From: Squalus acanthias
Lineage: Eukaryota
Reading direction: 5' to 3'
DNA length: 64,000 bases
Assembly: GCA_030390025.1 (NCBI GenBank)
Contig: JASTWF010000035.1
Span: forward strand, 4,464,001-4,528,000
Below the pieces are notes generated by a model. It had not been told where the DNA came from. It searched no databases and saw only the letters and a program-made list of their open reading frames with translations. Positions 51,362 through 62,425 of the stretch are shown here, in pieces. Both the position numbers and the translations under genes were made by a program. The stretch's first letter is position 1, and every line of letters begins with the position of its first letter.

Positions 51362-52766
51362 ATGTTCCAGTACAGCTATAACACTGGCATCTATCCGACA
51401 ATGTGGAAAACTGCCCAGATATGTCCTGTCCACAAAAAGCAGGACAAATCCAATCCGGCCAATTACCGCCCCATCAGTCTACTCTCAATCATCAGCAAAG
51501 TGATGGAAGGTGTCATCGACAGTGCTATCAAGCAGCACTTACTCACCAATAACCTGCTCACTGATGCCCTGTTTGGGTTCCGCCAAGATCACTCAGCTCC
51601 CGACCTCATTACAGCCTTGGTCCAAACATGGACAAAAGAGCTGAATTCTAGAGGTGAGGTGAGAGTGACTGCCCTTGACATCAAGGCAGCATTTGACTGA
51701 GTGTGGCATCAAGGAGCCCTATAAACTGAAGTCAATGGGAACCAGGGGGAAAATTCTCCATTGGCTGCAGTCAGAACAAAGGAAGATGGTTGTGGTTGTT
51801 GGAGGTCAGCCTCAGGGCAGTGGCCTAGGCCCAACCATCTTCAGCTGCTTCATCAATGACCTTCCCTCCAGCATAAGGTCAGAAATGGGGATGTTCGCTG
51901 ATGACTGCACAGTGTTCAGTGCCATTTGCAACTCCTCAGATAATGAAGCAGTCCATGCCCACATGCAGCAAGACCTGGACGACATTCAGGCTTGGGCTGA
52001 TGAGTAGCAGGTAACATTTGCGCCACAGAAGTGCCAGGCAATGACTATCTCCAACAAGCGAGAATCTAAACACCGTCCCTTGACATTCAACGGCATTACC
52101 ATCGCCGAATCCCCCAACATCAACATCCTGGGGGTCACCATTGACCAGAAACTTAACTGGACCAGCCACATAAATACTGTGGCAACAAGAGCAGGTCAGA
52201 GGCTGGGTATTCTGCGGCGAGTGTCTCACCTCCTAACTCCCCAAAGCCTTTTCACCATCTATAAGGCACAAGTCAGGAGTGTGATGGAATACTCTCCACT
52301 TGCCTGGATTGGTACAGCTCCAACAACACTCAAGAAGCTCGACACCATCCAAGACACAGCAGCCTGCTTGATTGGCACCCCATCCATCACCTTAAACATT
52401 CAGTCCCTCCACCACCGGTGCACTGTGGCTGCAGTGTGTACCATCGACAAGATGCACTGCAGCAACTCGCCAAGGCTTCTTCGGCGACCTCTTCCACCTA
52501 GAAGGACAAGGGCAGCAGGCGCACGGGAACACCACCAACTCCAAGTTCCCCTCCAAGTTGCATACCATCCTGACTTAGTAGTATAGCGCCGACCCTTCAT
52601 CCTGGAACTCCCTCCCTAACAGCACTGTGGGAGCACCTTCACCACACGGACTGCAGCGGTTCAAGAAGGTGGCTCACCACCACCTTCTCGAGGGCAATTA
52701 GGGATGGGCAATAAATGCTGGCCTTGCCAGCGACGCCCACATCCCATGAACAAATTTAAAAAAAAA
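51362..52766 (+). mobile_element. 5'-truncated LINE of a second lineage (CR1/L2 group; exact clade uncertain) with AATAAA and a short poly(A) end
   Basis: NYRPISLLS, LDIKAAFD, FADD and YKAQVRSVMEY motifs differ from the other LINEs. Ends GGGCAATAAATGC...CGCCCACATCCCATGAACAAATTT(A)n. Contains stops and frameshifts. Confidence 0.85.
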
Positions 52767-53174
52767 TGGGGATAGTGCAGGAAAGTGGAGATGAGGTAGA
52801 AAATCAGCCATGATCTTATTGAATGGCGGAGCAGGCTTGAAGGGCCAAATGGCCTACTCCTGCTTCCTGCTCCTATTTCTTTTGTTCTTAACTCCTCACG
52901 AAGGGACCCTCATACTATTTACCCCAGCTCAATGGTCCCCATGTTTAACTCAGTGAATTGTTTAACCTCCCTCAGAATTGATTGAATTCATGTTCACCTC
53001 ACTAACCTCCCACATGCGGCTGAGTGAACGATGAACTCCTTAGCTAGTGATTAACAGCACCAGATAGCCGGTCGATCGCATTATCACTAGATACACTCTA
53101 CTCTGTTCAATAGACCAGCTGTGTTGTTGGTTAGCAGTTTCCAGAACTTGCATAACATTCTCCTTACGAACAAT

Positions 53175-56150
53175 GTGGTTGCACAGAAACAGGCCATTCG
53201 GCCCAACAGGCTATGCTCCACATGAGCCTCCTCCCACCCTACTTCATCTCACCCTATCAACATATCCTTCTAATCCTTTCTCCCTCATGTGTTTATCTAG
53301 CTTCCCCTTAAATGCATCTATACTATTCGCCTCAACCACTCCTTGTGGTAGCGAGTTCCATGTTCTCACCACTCTCTGGGTAAAGAAATTTCTCCTGAAT
53401 TCCCTATTGGATTTATTGGTCACTCTTATATTGATGCCCCCCTAGTTCTGGAAGCATTCTCTCTACATCTTTCCTATCAAACCCTTTCTTAAAGTCCTCT
53501 ATTCGGTCACCCCTCAGTCTTCTCTTTTCTAGAGAAAAGAAACCCAGTCTGTTCATCCTTTCCTGGTATGAATAAAACAAAAAGGGTGACTCAACCGTGG
53601 CTAACAAGGGAAATTAGGGATAGCATAAGATCCAAGGAGAGGACATATAAATTGGCCAGAAAAAGCAGTAGCCCTGAGGATTGGGAGCAGTTTAGGATTC
53701 AACAAAGGAGGACAAAGGGATTAATTAAGAAGGGGAAAATAGAATATGAAAGTAAGCTTGCTGGGAACATAAAAACTGACTGTAAGAGCTTTTATAGATA
53801 TGTGAAGAGAAAAAGATTAGTGAAATCAAGTGTAGGTCCCTTGCAGTCAGAAGCGGGGGAAGTTATAATGGGGAACAAAGAAATGGAAGACCAATTAAAT
53901 GCATATTTTGGTTCTGTCTTCACAAAGGAGGACACAAATAACCTCCCAGAGATGTTGGAGAACATACGGTCTGATGAAAGGGAGGAACTGAAAGAAATCA
54001 GTATTTGCAGGGAAATGGTGTTAGGGAAATTGACGGGATTGAAGGCCGATAAATCCCCAGGGCCTGATAGTCTGTATCCTAGGGTACTTAAGGAAGTGGC
54101 CCTAGAAATAGTAGATGCATTGCTGATCATCTTCCAACATTCGATGGAATCTGGAACTGTACCCATGGATTGGAGGGTAGCTAATGTTACCCCACTATTC
54201 AAAAAGGGTGGTAGAGAGAAAGCGGGGAATTACAGACCGGTAAGCCTGACATCGGTAGTGGGGAAAATGCTAGAGTCCATTATAAAGGATGTAATAGCTG
54301 AGCACTTGAAAAACAGTGACAGGATCGGACAAAGTCAACATGGATTTACAAAAGGTAAATCGTGCTTGACTAATCTACTGGAATTTTTTGAGGATGTAAC
54401 TGGGAAAATAGATAAGGGAGAACCAGTAGATGTGGTGTATTTGGACTTTCAAAAGGCTTTCGATAAGGTCCCGCATAAGAGATTAGCGTGTAAAGTTAAG
54501 GCACATGGGATTGGGGGGCAAGGTATTGACTTGGATAGAGAACTGGTTGGCGGACAGAAAGCAGAGAGTAGGAATTAATGGGTCTTTTCCCGAGTGGCAG
54601 GCAGTGACTAGTGGGGTACCGTAGGGATCGGTCCTTGGACCCCAGCTATTCACAATATACATTAATGATCTAGATAAGGGAACTAAATGTAATATCTCCA
54701 AGTTTGCAGATGACACAAAGCTGGGTGGGACTGTGTGCTGCGAGGAGGATACCGAGAAACTCCAGGATGATTTGGACAGGTTGGGTGAGTGGGCAGAAGC
54801 GTGGCAGATGCAATATAACGTGGATAAATGCGAGGTTATCCACTTTGGTGTCAAAAACAGAAAGGCAGACTATTATCTGAATGGCAATAGATTGGGAGAA
54901 GAGGAAGTGCAACGAGACCTGGGTGTCCTTGTGCACCAGTCGCTGAAAGTAAGCATGCAGGTGCAGCAGGCGGTGAAGAAGGCAAATGGTATGTTGGCCT
55001 TCATAGCGAAAGGGTTTGAGTATAGGAACAGGGATGTCCTGCTGCAGTTGTACAGGGCCTTGGTGAGACCACACCTTGAGTACTGTGTGCAGTTTTGGTC
55101 GCCCTATCTGAGGAAGAATGTTCTTGCCATGGAAGGAGTTCAGCGAAGATTCACAAGGCTGATACCTGGGATGGCAGGAATGACATATGAGGAGAGATTG
55201 GATCGATTGGGCTTATATTCACTGGAGTATAGAAGAATGAGAGGGGATCTCATCGAAACATATAAAATTCTGACAGGTCTGGACAAACTAGATGCAGGAA
55301 GAATGTTCCCGATGGTCGGAGAGTCCAGAACCAGGGGTCACAGTCTAAGGATAAGGGGTAACCCATTTAGGACAGAAATGAGGAGGAATTTCTTCACCCA
55401 GAGAGTGGTGAACCTGTGGAATTCTCTACCACAGAAGGTAGTTGAGGCCAAGCCATTAAATATATTCAAGAATGAGTTAGATATATTTCTTAAAGCTAAA
55501 GGTATCAAGGGATATGGGGAGAAGGCAGGTACAGGGTACTGAGTTTGGATGATCAGCCATGATCTCATCGAATGGCGGAGCAGGCTCGAGGGGCCGAATG
55601 GCCTACTCCTGCTCCTATCTTCTATGTTTCTATGTATACCCTCACATTTCTGGTATCATCCTTGTAAATCTCTGCACCCTCTCCAGTGCCTCTATATCCT
55701 TTTTATAATATGGTGACCAGAATTGTACACAGTACTCCAAGTGTCATCTAACCAAGGTTCGATACAAGCTTAACATAACAGACCCCAATGCTTTGTTTGC
55801 TTTTTTTATGGCCTTATTAACCTGCGTCGATACTTTTGAGTGATTTGTGTATTTGTACCCCCAGATAGACACTTGTGTTTCAAGGAGGATGTGGCCTCCT
55901 TATTCTTCCTATCAAAATGTACCACAAATATTGAAATTCATTTACCAATTACATGGCCATTCTGCAAGCCTATTAATATCTTCCTGTATTTTGTCACAAT
56001 CTTCCTCTGTATTAACTATAACCACCCCCACCAATTTGGTGTTCGCAAATTCCCGAGTCCAAACGGTTCAGTGGTCCCGGCCCCGATCCCTGTGGAACAC
56101 CACTTCCCACCTTTTACCAGTCTGCGTCACGACCTTTAACCCCTACTCTC
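53175..56150 (-). mobile_element. Old, highly degenerate CR1 fragment split by element K (53175-53566 and 55637-~56150)
   Basis: Reverse-strand RLGFFSLEKRRLRGD and FFTQRVV motifs. It continues after the K tail with [12 protein letters not shown] sequence. Confidence 0.7.
53567..55636 (+). mobile_element. 5'-truncated CR1 LINE 'K' (RT region to tail)
   Basis: ORFs 53568-54578 and 54733-55542, broken by a G-run frameshift (~54515) and a stop in GVP*G. Tail TTCTATGTTTCTATG. Confidence 0.92.
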
Positions 56151-56268
56151 TGTTTTGTAGCCAGTCCCCTGACTCCACATGTCATGAGCTGGTTGTTGGC
56201 CTTCCCTGGGACGTTGGTCTATGAGCCTCCTGTAGCCCAGGGTAAATCCACCTGCTGCACTGGGCTCG

Positions 56269-57090
56269 AGTATGCAGGTGCAGCAAGTGATTAAGAAGGC
56301 AAATGGAATGTTGGCTTTCATTGCTAGGGGGATAGAATATAAAAATAGGGAGGTATTGCTTCAGTTGTACAAGGTATTGGTGAGACCGCACCTGGAATAC
56401 TGCATACAGTTTTGGTGTCCTTACTTAAGGAAAGACATCCTTGCTCTCGAGGCAGTGCAAAAAAGGTTCACTCGGTTAATCCCGGGGATGAGGGGGTGGT
56501 CATATGAGGAGAGGTTGGGTAGATTGGGACTCTACTCATTGGAGTTCAGAAGAATGAGAGGCGATCTTATTGAAACATATAAGATTGTGAAGGGGTTGGA
56601 TCGGGTGGATGCGGGGAGGATGTTCCCGATGACGGGTGAGACTAGAACTAGGGGACATAGTCTTAGAATAAGGGGCTGCTCTTTCAAAACTGAGATGAGG
56701 AGAAACTACTTCACTCAGAGGGTGGTAGGTCCATGGAATATGCTGCCACAAAAAGCTGTAGAAGCTACATCATTAAATAAATTTAAAACAGAAATAGACA
56801 GTTTCCTAGAAGTAAAGGGCATTAAGGGTTACGGGGAGCGGGCAGGAATTTGGACATGAGTCTAGGTTCGGATCGGTCATGGCCCTGTGGGTAGTGGAGC
56901 GGGCCCAAGGACCGTGTAGCCTGATTCTGCTCCTATTTCGTGTGTGCAATTCTGTTAGATGCAGGAGAGGGTTCTGTGATAGTAGATAGTAGATTGGCGG
57001 TTAGGATCAGATCAGCCATGATCTTATTGAATGGCGGAGCAGGCTCGAGGGGCCGATTGGCCTACTCCTGCTCCTATTTCTTATGTTCTC
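56269..57090 (+). mobile_element. 5'-truncated CR1 LINE, double-3'UTR subfamily (relative of C and D)
   Basis: 195-aa ORF2 C-terminus highly similar to 10907-11521, followed by two tandem 3' modules. Confidence 0.9.
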
Positions 57091-57260
57091 CGCCAGACTG
57101 GGACACTGAAGTGATACTGCGCGTGACCTGTGTAACTCGTCGCTATAAACCGTACAACCTGACTTCTAGAATCTTCCTTTGCCCTGGATACACTTTGACC
57201 CTGTTAAAGACACCCATCGCAGTAAAGACAAGGGAACAAAGAATCTGCTAATTGCCTGCA

Positions 57261-57428
57261 CAGAACGTGCTGGAAACACTCCGGGCAGTGGAGAGAGAAT
57301 CACCAGGTCATCGACCTGAAACGTTGACTCTGTGTCTCTCTCCACAGGGGCTACCTGACCTGCTGAGTGTTTCCAGCATTTTCTGACTTGATTTCAGATT
57401 TCCAGCATCTGCAGTATTTTGCTTTTTG
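57261..57428. mobile_element. Degenerate Penelope-like inverted pseudo-LTR remnant with a partial hammerhead motif
   Basis: Imperfect inverted arms (GCTGGAAACACTC/GAGTGTTTCCAGC; GTGGAGAGAGA/TCTCTCTCCAC). AGGTC-ATC-GACCT hairpin followed by GAAACGTT. Confidence 0.6.
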
Positions 57429-57831
57429 TACCTTGCCTTTTAAAGAAAAGCTCCTTTCTATTCATTTGCCCAATCCGAATGACACTTGTACGTTAGCAGA
57501 GTTCGTCTGTTCTGTTGTCGATAACCTCAGCCAGGCTGGTCAGTGCCTCGAGAATCTCTCCGTTAATGAAGCATCAGGAACTGAGACATGGCAGGTGTTC
57601 GACCCCGGCTCCACAATCTCTCTCCAATAAAGGTTTCCCTCAGCCACTGTCCTCAATGTGGTCTCTGCTCAGCAATGTTTGGTTGATTTAGACAAATCTC
57701 TGTGGTTTTAGCTTCTGCTGCTTTCCCAATATTGCGAGGACACATGGCGGGAATTTCTGCTCCAGCCTCGATTCAGCAGGATTGTTTCCACTGCAGCCGA
57801 GGAGATTGACTCGTGATCTTTATAATGAAGA

Positions 57832-58045
57832 TGATGTGGAGATGCCGATGTTGGACTGGGGTGGACAAAAATGAGAAGTCGCACAACACCAGGTTATAGT
57901 CCAACAGTTTTATTTGAAATCACAAGCTTTCGGAGCGCTGCTCCTTCGTGACTTCACCTGAGGAAGGGGCGATCGATAGCTCCGAAAGCTTGTGATTTCA
58001 AATAAAACTGTTGGACTATAACCTGGTGTTGTGCGACTTCTCATT
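57832..58045. mobile_element. Non-autonomous Penelope-like element: ~70-bp perfect inverted repeat plus a one-sided ~35-bp tail, with a 13-bp target-site duplication
   Basis: Arms at 57867-57936 and 57979-58048. Direct repeat TTTATAATGAAGA at 57819-57831 and 58046-58058. The flanks rejoin into an old CR1 segment. Confidence 0.8.
57954..57995 (+). ncRNA. Minimal type I hammerhead ribozyme motif
   Basis: Helix I TCAC/GTGA. Core CTGAGGA (CUGANGA) at 57958-57964. Helix II GGGGC/GCTCC. GAAA at 57984-57987. Loopless palindromic helix III (AAGCTT). Confidence 0.7.
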
Positions 58046-58217
58046 TTTATAATGAAGAGTTTTGATCGGGTGAATAGGGAAGGCTATTTCCTCTAGTTAG
58101 GGAATTCAGTGATGTGGGATCATTAAATGAACATTTTCAGACAGTGAGGTGGGAGGTCAGGAGAAAGGTTCTTTTCACAAAGGGTTGGGAGTATATTTAT
58201 TTCTAGGCCACGGTTGA

Positions 58218-58362
58218 TTGTCTTTCACACGAGACGTTAAACTCAGGCCTGTTCAGGTCAGTTTTGAGCAGAGATTCTCCCGTGTTCGGGCTAACATTCC
58301 TCTGTCATCGATCAGTTGCCTCACTGCTTTTTGTGGGATCTTGCTGTGCACAAAATGGCTGA
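58218..58362 (+). mobile_element. Degenerate DeuSINE-type remnant
   Basis: GTCTTTC..GAGACGTTAAAC..AGGCC and TTTGTGGGATCTTGCTGTGCACAAAATGGCTG match recalled conserved blocks of Deu-domain SINEs. Confidence 0.55.
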
Positions 58363-58402
58363 GATCGTCAGTGAGAGGTGGGCAGTGTTGGGATGTCCGA
58401 GA

Positions 58403-59835
58403 GAAACATAGAAAATAGGTGCAGGAGTAGACCATTCGGTCCTTCGAGCCTGCACCGCCATTCAATGCGTTCATGGCTGAACATGCTACCTCAGTACCCC
58501 ATTCCTGCTTTCTCGCCATACCCCTTGATCCCCCTAGTTGTGAGTGTTATATCTAACTCCCTTTTGAATATATTTAGCGAACTGGCCTCAACAACCTTCT
58601 GTGGTAGAGAATTCCACAGATTCACCACTCTCTGGGTGAAGAAGTTCCTCCTCATCTCAGTCTTAAATGGCTTCCCCTTTATCCTTAGACTGTGACCCCT
58701 GGTTCTAGTTTTCCCTAACATTGGGAACATTCTGCCCGCATCTAATTTGTCTAAACCAGTCAGGATTTTAAATGTCTCTATAAGATCCCCCCTCATTCTT
58801 CTGAACTCCAGAGGATACAAGTTCAGTTGACCCAATCTTTCTTGATATGTCAGTCTGGCCATCCCAGGAATCAATCTAGTGAACCTTCGCTGCACTCCCT
58901 CAATAGCAAGAATGTCCTTCCTCAAGTTAGGAGACCAAAACTGCGCACAATACTCCAGGTGTGGCCTCACCAAGGCCCTGTACAACTGTAGCATCACCTC
59001 CCTACTCCTGTACTCAAATCCCCTTACTATGAAGGCCATCATGCCATTTGCTTTCTTGACTGCCTGCTGCACTTGCATTCCCACCTTCAGTGACTGATGT
59101 ACCATGACGCCCAGGTCTCGTTGCACCTCCCCTTTCCCTAATCTGTCACCATTCAGGTAATAGTCCGCCTCTCTTATTTTTACCACCAAAGTGGATAACC
59201 TCACATTTATCCACATTGTACTTCATCTGCCATACATTTGCCCATTCACCCAACCTGTCCAAGTCACTCTGTAGCCTCCTAGCATCCTCCTCATTGTTCA
59301 CACTGCCTCCCAATTTAGTGTCATCTGCAAATTTGGAGATATTACATTTAATCCCTTCGTCCAAATCATTAATATATAATGTAAACAGCTGGGGTCCCAG
59401 CACCGAACCCTGCGGTACCCCGCTGGTCACTGCCTGCCATTCTGAAAAGTACCCATTTACTCCTACTCTTTGTTTCCTGTGTGCCAACCAGTTCTCAATC
59501 CACGTCAACACATTACCCCCAATCCCATGTGCTTTAACTTTGCACACCAATCTCTTGTGTGGGACCTTGTCGAAGGCCTTCTGAAAGTCCAAATACACCA
59601 CATCTACTGGTTCCCCCCTGTCCACCCGATTGGAAACATCCTCAAAAAATTCCAGAAGATTTGTCAAGCATCATTTCCCTTTCACAAATCCATGCTGACT
59701 TGGACCTATCATGTCGCCACTTTCCAAATGGTCTGTTATGACATCTTTAATAATTGCTTCCATCATTTTACCCACAACCGATGTCAGGCTAACCGGTCTA
59801 TAATTCCCTGCTTTCTCCCTCCCTCCTTTTTTAAA
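58403..59835 (-). mobile_element. 5'-truncated CR1 LINE 'L' inserted into a 26-bp minisatellite
   Basis: RT ORFs 59146-59667 and 58491-59216 separated by a frameshift. Reverse tail AAACATAGAAAATAGG at ~58403. Confidence 0.9.
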
Positions 59836-60116
59836 AGAGGTGGGCAGTGTTGAGTTGTCCGAGAGGTGGGCAGTGTTGGGATGTCCGAGAGGTGGGCAGT
59901 GTTGGGATGTCCGAGAGGTGGGCAGTGTTGGGATGTCCGAGAGGTGGGCAGTGTTGGGATGTCCGAGAGGTGGGCAGTGTTGGGATGTCCGAGAGGTGGG
60001 CAGTGTTGGGATGTCCGAGAGGTGGGCAGTGTTGGGATGTCCGAGAGGTGGGCAGTGTTGGGATGTCCGAGAGGTGGGCAGTGTTGGGATGTCCGAGAGG
60101 TGGGCAGTGTTGGGAC
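59836..60116. repeat. 26-bp minisatellite (GAGAGGTGGGCAGTGTTGGGATGTCC)n, ~11 units, plus one orphan unit at ~58373-58402
   Basis: Direct reading. Confidence 0.95.
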
Positions 60117-60181
60117 TTTTCCAAGTGTAAATGGTTCAACAAACGAAAACCAGAGACAATTCATTTGAACAAGACCCAGCG

Positions 60182-60187
60182 TTTATT
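60182..60187 (-). promoter_or_regulatory. Poly(A) signal AATAAA of DCTN1 (3'UTR ~60160-61393)
   Basis: TTTATT on the + strand. A GU/U-rich element lies downstream on the - strand (TGTCTCTGGTTTTCGTTTGTTG). It marks the boundary between unique sequence and repeats. Confidence 0.7.
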
Positions 60188-61393
60188 AATTAGCAAATCT
60201 GATCATAGCTTAGTGCGGAGCGATTAGATACGGTCGTGTTCAATGGACATGCAGCAGACTGGGCACAGCAACTCTCGATCAGACCCAGGTACCAGAACCA
60301 GCCTGCACTAACAGCACCTGCGCCCAGGCTCAAACATCGCACCGTGTGTCAGAGGATCAGGGAGATTGTTACTGTCGCAGGTACAGTCCCAGTCGTGCGG
60401 GGGAATGAGGGGGGTGGGGACACAGGGGGGGAGAGATGAACGGGTGGGTGGGGCACGGGGAGTGAGGCAGGGGTAGAGATGGGTGAGTGGGTGAGAGTGG
60501 CGGTGCTGGAGGGGCACGGGAGTGAGCAGTGAGGAGAATGGGGTGTTGTCCACACCCAGTTTTACTCCAGACCCTCCTCTTCCCCTCAGTGAGCAGGTGG
60601 GAATCTTCCTCATGGGAGGTCAGTGGCCGTTTACTGGGAGGTGAAGTGAAGACTCCAGTGTCACTGCGAGCTGCCCGATCTGGGTGCAGTGTGCGAGACT
60701 CCCAGGCCCAGTACAGTGGGTCCTGTGCATTCCCACGCTAACTGAGGCCACTGGGGGAAGGTGGTCACAGTGCACAGATAGCCAGGCTCTGCTCACCCAG
60801 CAGTAGCCCACGCACTATCCTATCAGTACCAGCTCCCTATGGCAGACAGGCGTGGGGAGAGAGGGAGGGGCAGGCTCTGAGTAAAGGGCATCGGTGAAGG
60901 AATGAGCCACATTTCTTTAGTTTACAAGGAGGTGGATTTATGGGATAGTGGATTGATATAAAAGGAGCCATTCCCTGACCCCGCATTTCCATAACAAATC
61001 GGATTAACCGAATCACTGGAAAGTATAAAATGAGGGTCGAGCGTTCAGCAGTTGCTGGACTGACCGGGTCTGATCTCCGGGATCGAGCAGCTCAGGATAT
61101 AATGTCACTATAATGACCAGGACTTGTTAGGTTGGGAGTGACCCAGGCAACAGTCCGTGGGCCCCTCGGCTGCGAGGGGTTCATTCCCGACAGGTGTCAG
61201 TGTGTATACACAGGGCTCTATCAAAGCTGGGCTCTGGGTCACACACAGCAATAAAGGAGGCAACAATTAAAGTGACCCTGCAGTGGTTAGGATTTAGTGA
61301 GATTAGTGCGATGGGTGCCCGTGGGCTGATGACGCGAGCGACAGATTGGATTAGAGTATGTGAAACGCACAGACACGGGCCCTGGTCAGGGGC

Positions 61394-61531
61394 CTAGGAG
61401 ATGAGGCGGCTGTGTAGATCGTGGAGCTGATCTTGGAGCAGGACAATACGGTGAACCTGCCCCTCACCGGGTGGGCACGGTACGGTCACTTTGCCCACAC
61501 ACACCGCGTCTGTCCTCTGCTCTTCCTTAGC
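61394..61531 (-). CDS. DCTN1: Dynactin subunit 1 (p150Glued), last coding exon
   Basis: [45 protein letters not shown] aligns without gaps to the recalled human C-terminus [45 protein letters not shown]. Acceptor GTTTTGTTTTCTGCTACAG|GCT. Too short to appear in the ORF track. Confidence 0.92.
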   Translation of the reverse strand, partial: AKEEQRTDAVCVGKVTVPCPPGEGQVHRIVLLQDQLHDLHSRLIS

Positions 61532-61579
61532 CTGTAGCAGAAAACAAAACAGCGGTTAAAGGTCAGGAACAGAACACAT

Positions 61580-62000
61580 TACATTAGAACATCAGAAATA
61601 GGAGCAGGAGTCGGCCATTCGGCCCCTCGAGCCTGCTCCGCCATTCAATAAGATCATGGCTGATCTTCGACCTCAACACGCAAACAGGCCATTCGGCCCA
61701 TCCAGTCCGTGCCGGGGTTTACCCTCGAGAGGAAATAGTCCTAATCACATTTACCCGCCCTGTTCCCACATCACTTCCTCCCCCCGGACAATCTAATCTG
61801 GAATGTTGACAGTTTCTGCCTCAGCCACTAACCCTGGGAGTGAATCCACAGCCTCACAACTCTGTGGGAAGCGGGTTCTCCGGCTCTGTTCTAAATCTCT
61901 TACATTTAATCTCGTGTCTCTGGCCTCTCGTTCTAGACCCCCAATTACTGGAAACAGTCTGCTTCCATCCCCCTGTCCCATCCTTTCATCATTTTAAACA
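61580..62000 (-). mobile_element. Short CR1 3'-end fragments in the last DCTN1 intron
   Basis: A young ~95-bp terminal stem-loop module (61585-61678) followed by an older, decayed 3' end. Confidence 0.7.
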
Positions 62001-62139
62001 CTTCACTCCCATCGCTCTGTAATCACAAGCATGCGATTTAATGCACAAAAAATATTAAATTACACACACACAGCGAGCTTGCGACATTACCTGAAGAAAG
62101 CTTTTAGAATTCATGTTAACCTGACGTGAGCCCAGTGCT

Positions 62140-62425
62140 CTTGGTGCTGGACTTAGTCCAGAGATCAGAAATTCAAATCCCACTATAGGAAGTTGTGAAT
62201 TGAATTTAGTAAAGCTGGTAGTTTATAGACTGGCACCAGAACATGACCATAAAAACTGCCAACGGGTCACTGCTGTCCTCCACGGAAGGGACCCGGCTGC
62301 CCTGACCCAGTCTGGCCGACACGTGACTCCAGGCCCGTACTCTGTCATAGATGCTCTCAAGGTAACTCGGGACGGGCAATAAATACTGAGCTTAAAGTAT
62401 CGCCCACATCCCAAAAACAAATAAC
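62140..62425 (+). mobile_element. Decayed SINE-like element sharing its 3' end with the LINE at 51362-52766
   Basis: B-box-like TTCAAATCCCAC at ~62172. 3' end GGGACGGGCAATAAAT...CGCCCACATCCCAAAAACAAAT. Confidence 0.65.

Larger units (their letters stand above)
48045..52890 (+). mobile_element. Degenerate CR1 LINE 'J' (pieces 48045-50651, 51016-51361, 52767-52890) hosting a 45-bp array, a MITE and another LINE
   Basis: Frameshifted ORF2 pieces. The LINE sequence resumes in register after each insertion. 3' stem-loop and tail at ~52800-52890. Confidence 0.9.

Noticed and set aside
51074..51700. Single 208-aa ORF with rearranged RT domain order
   Set aside because: Chimeric read-through from the end of LINE J into a different LINE inserted at ~51362.
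60236..61397. Short ORFs (60-100 aa) as additional genes
   Set aside because: They lie within the inferred DCTN1 3'UTR and have no recognisable motifs or splice support.
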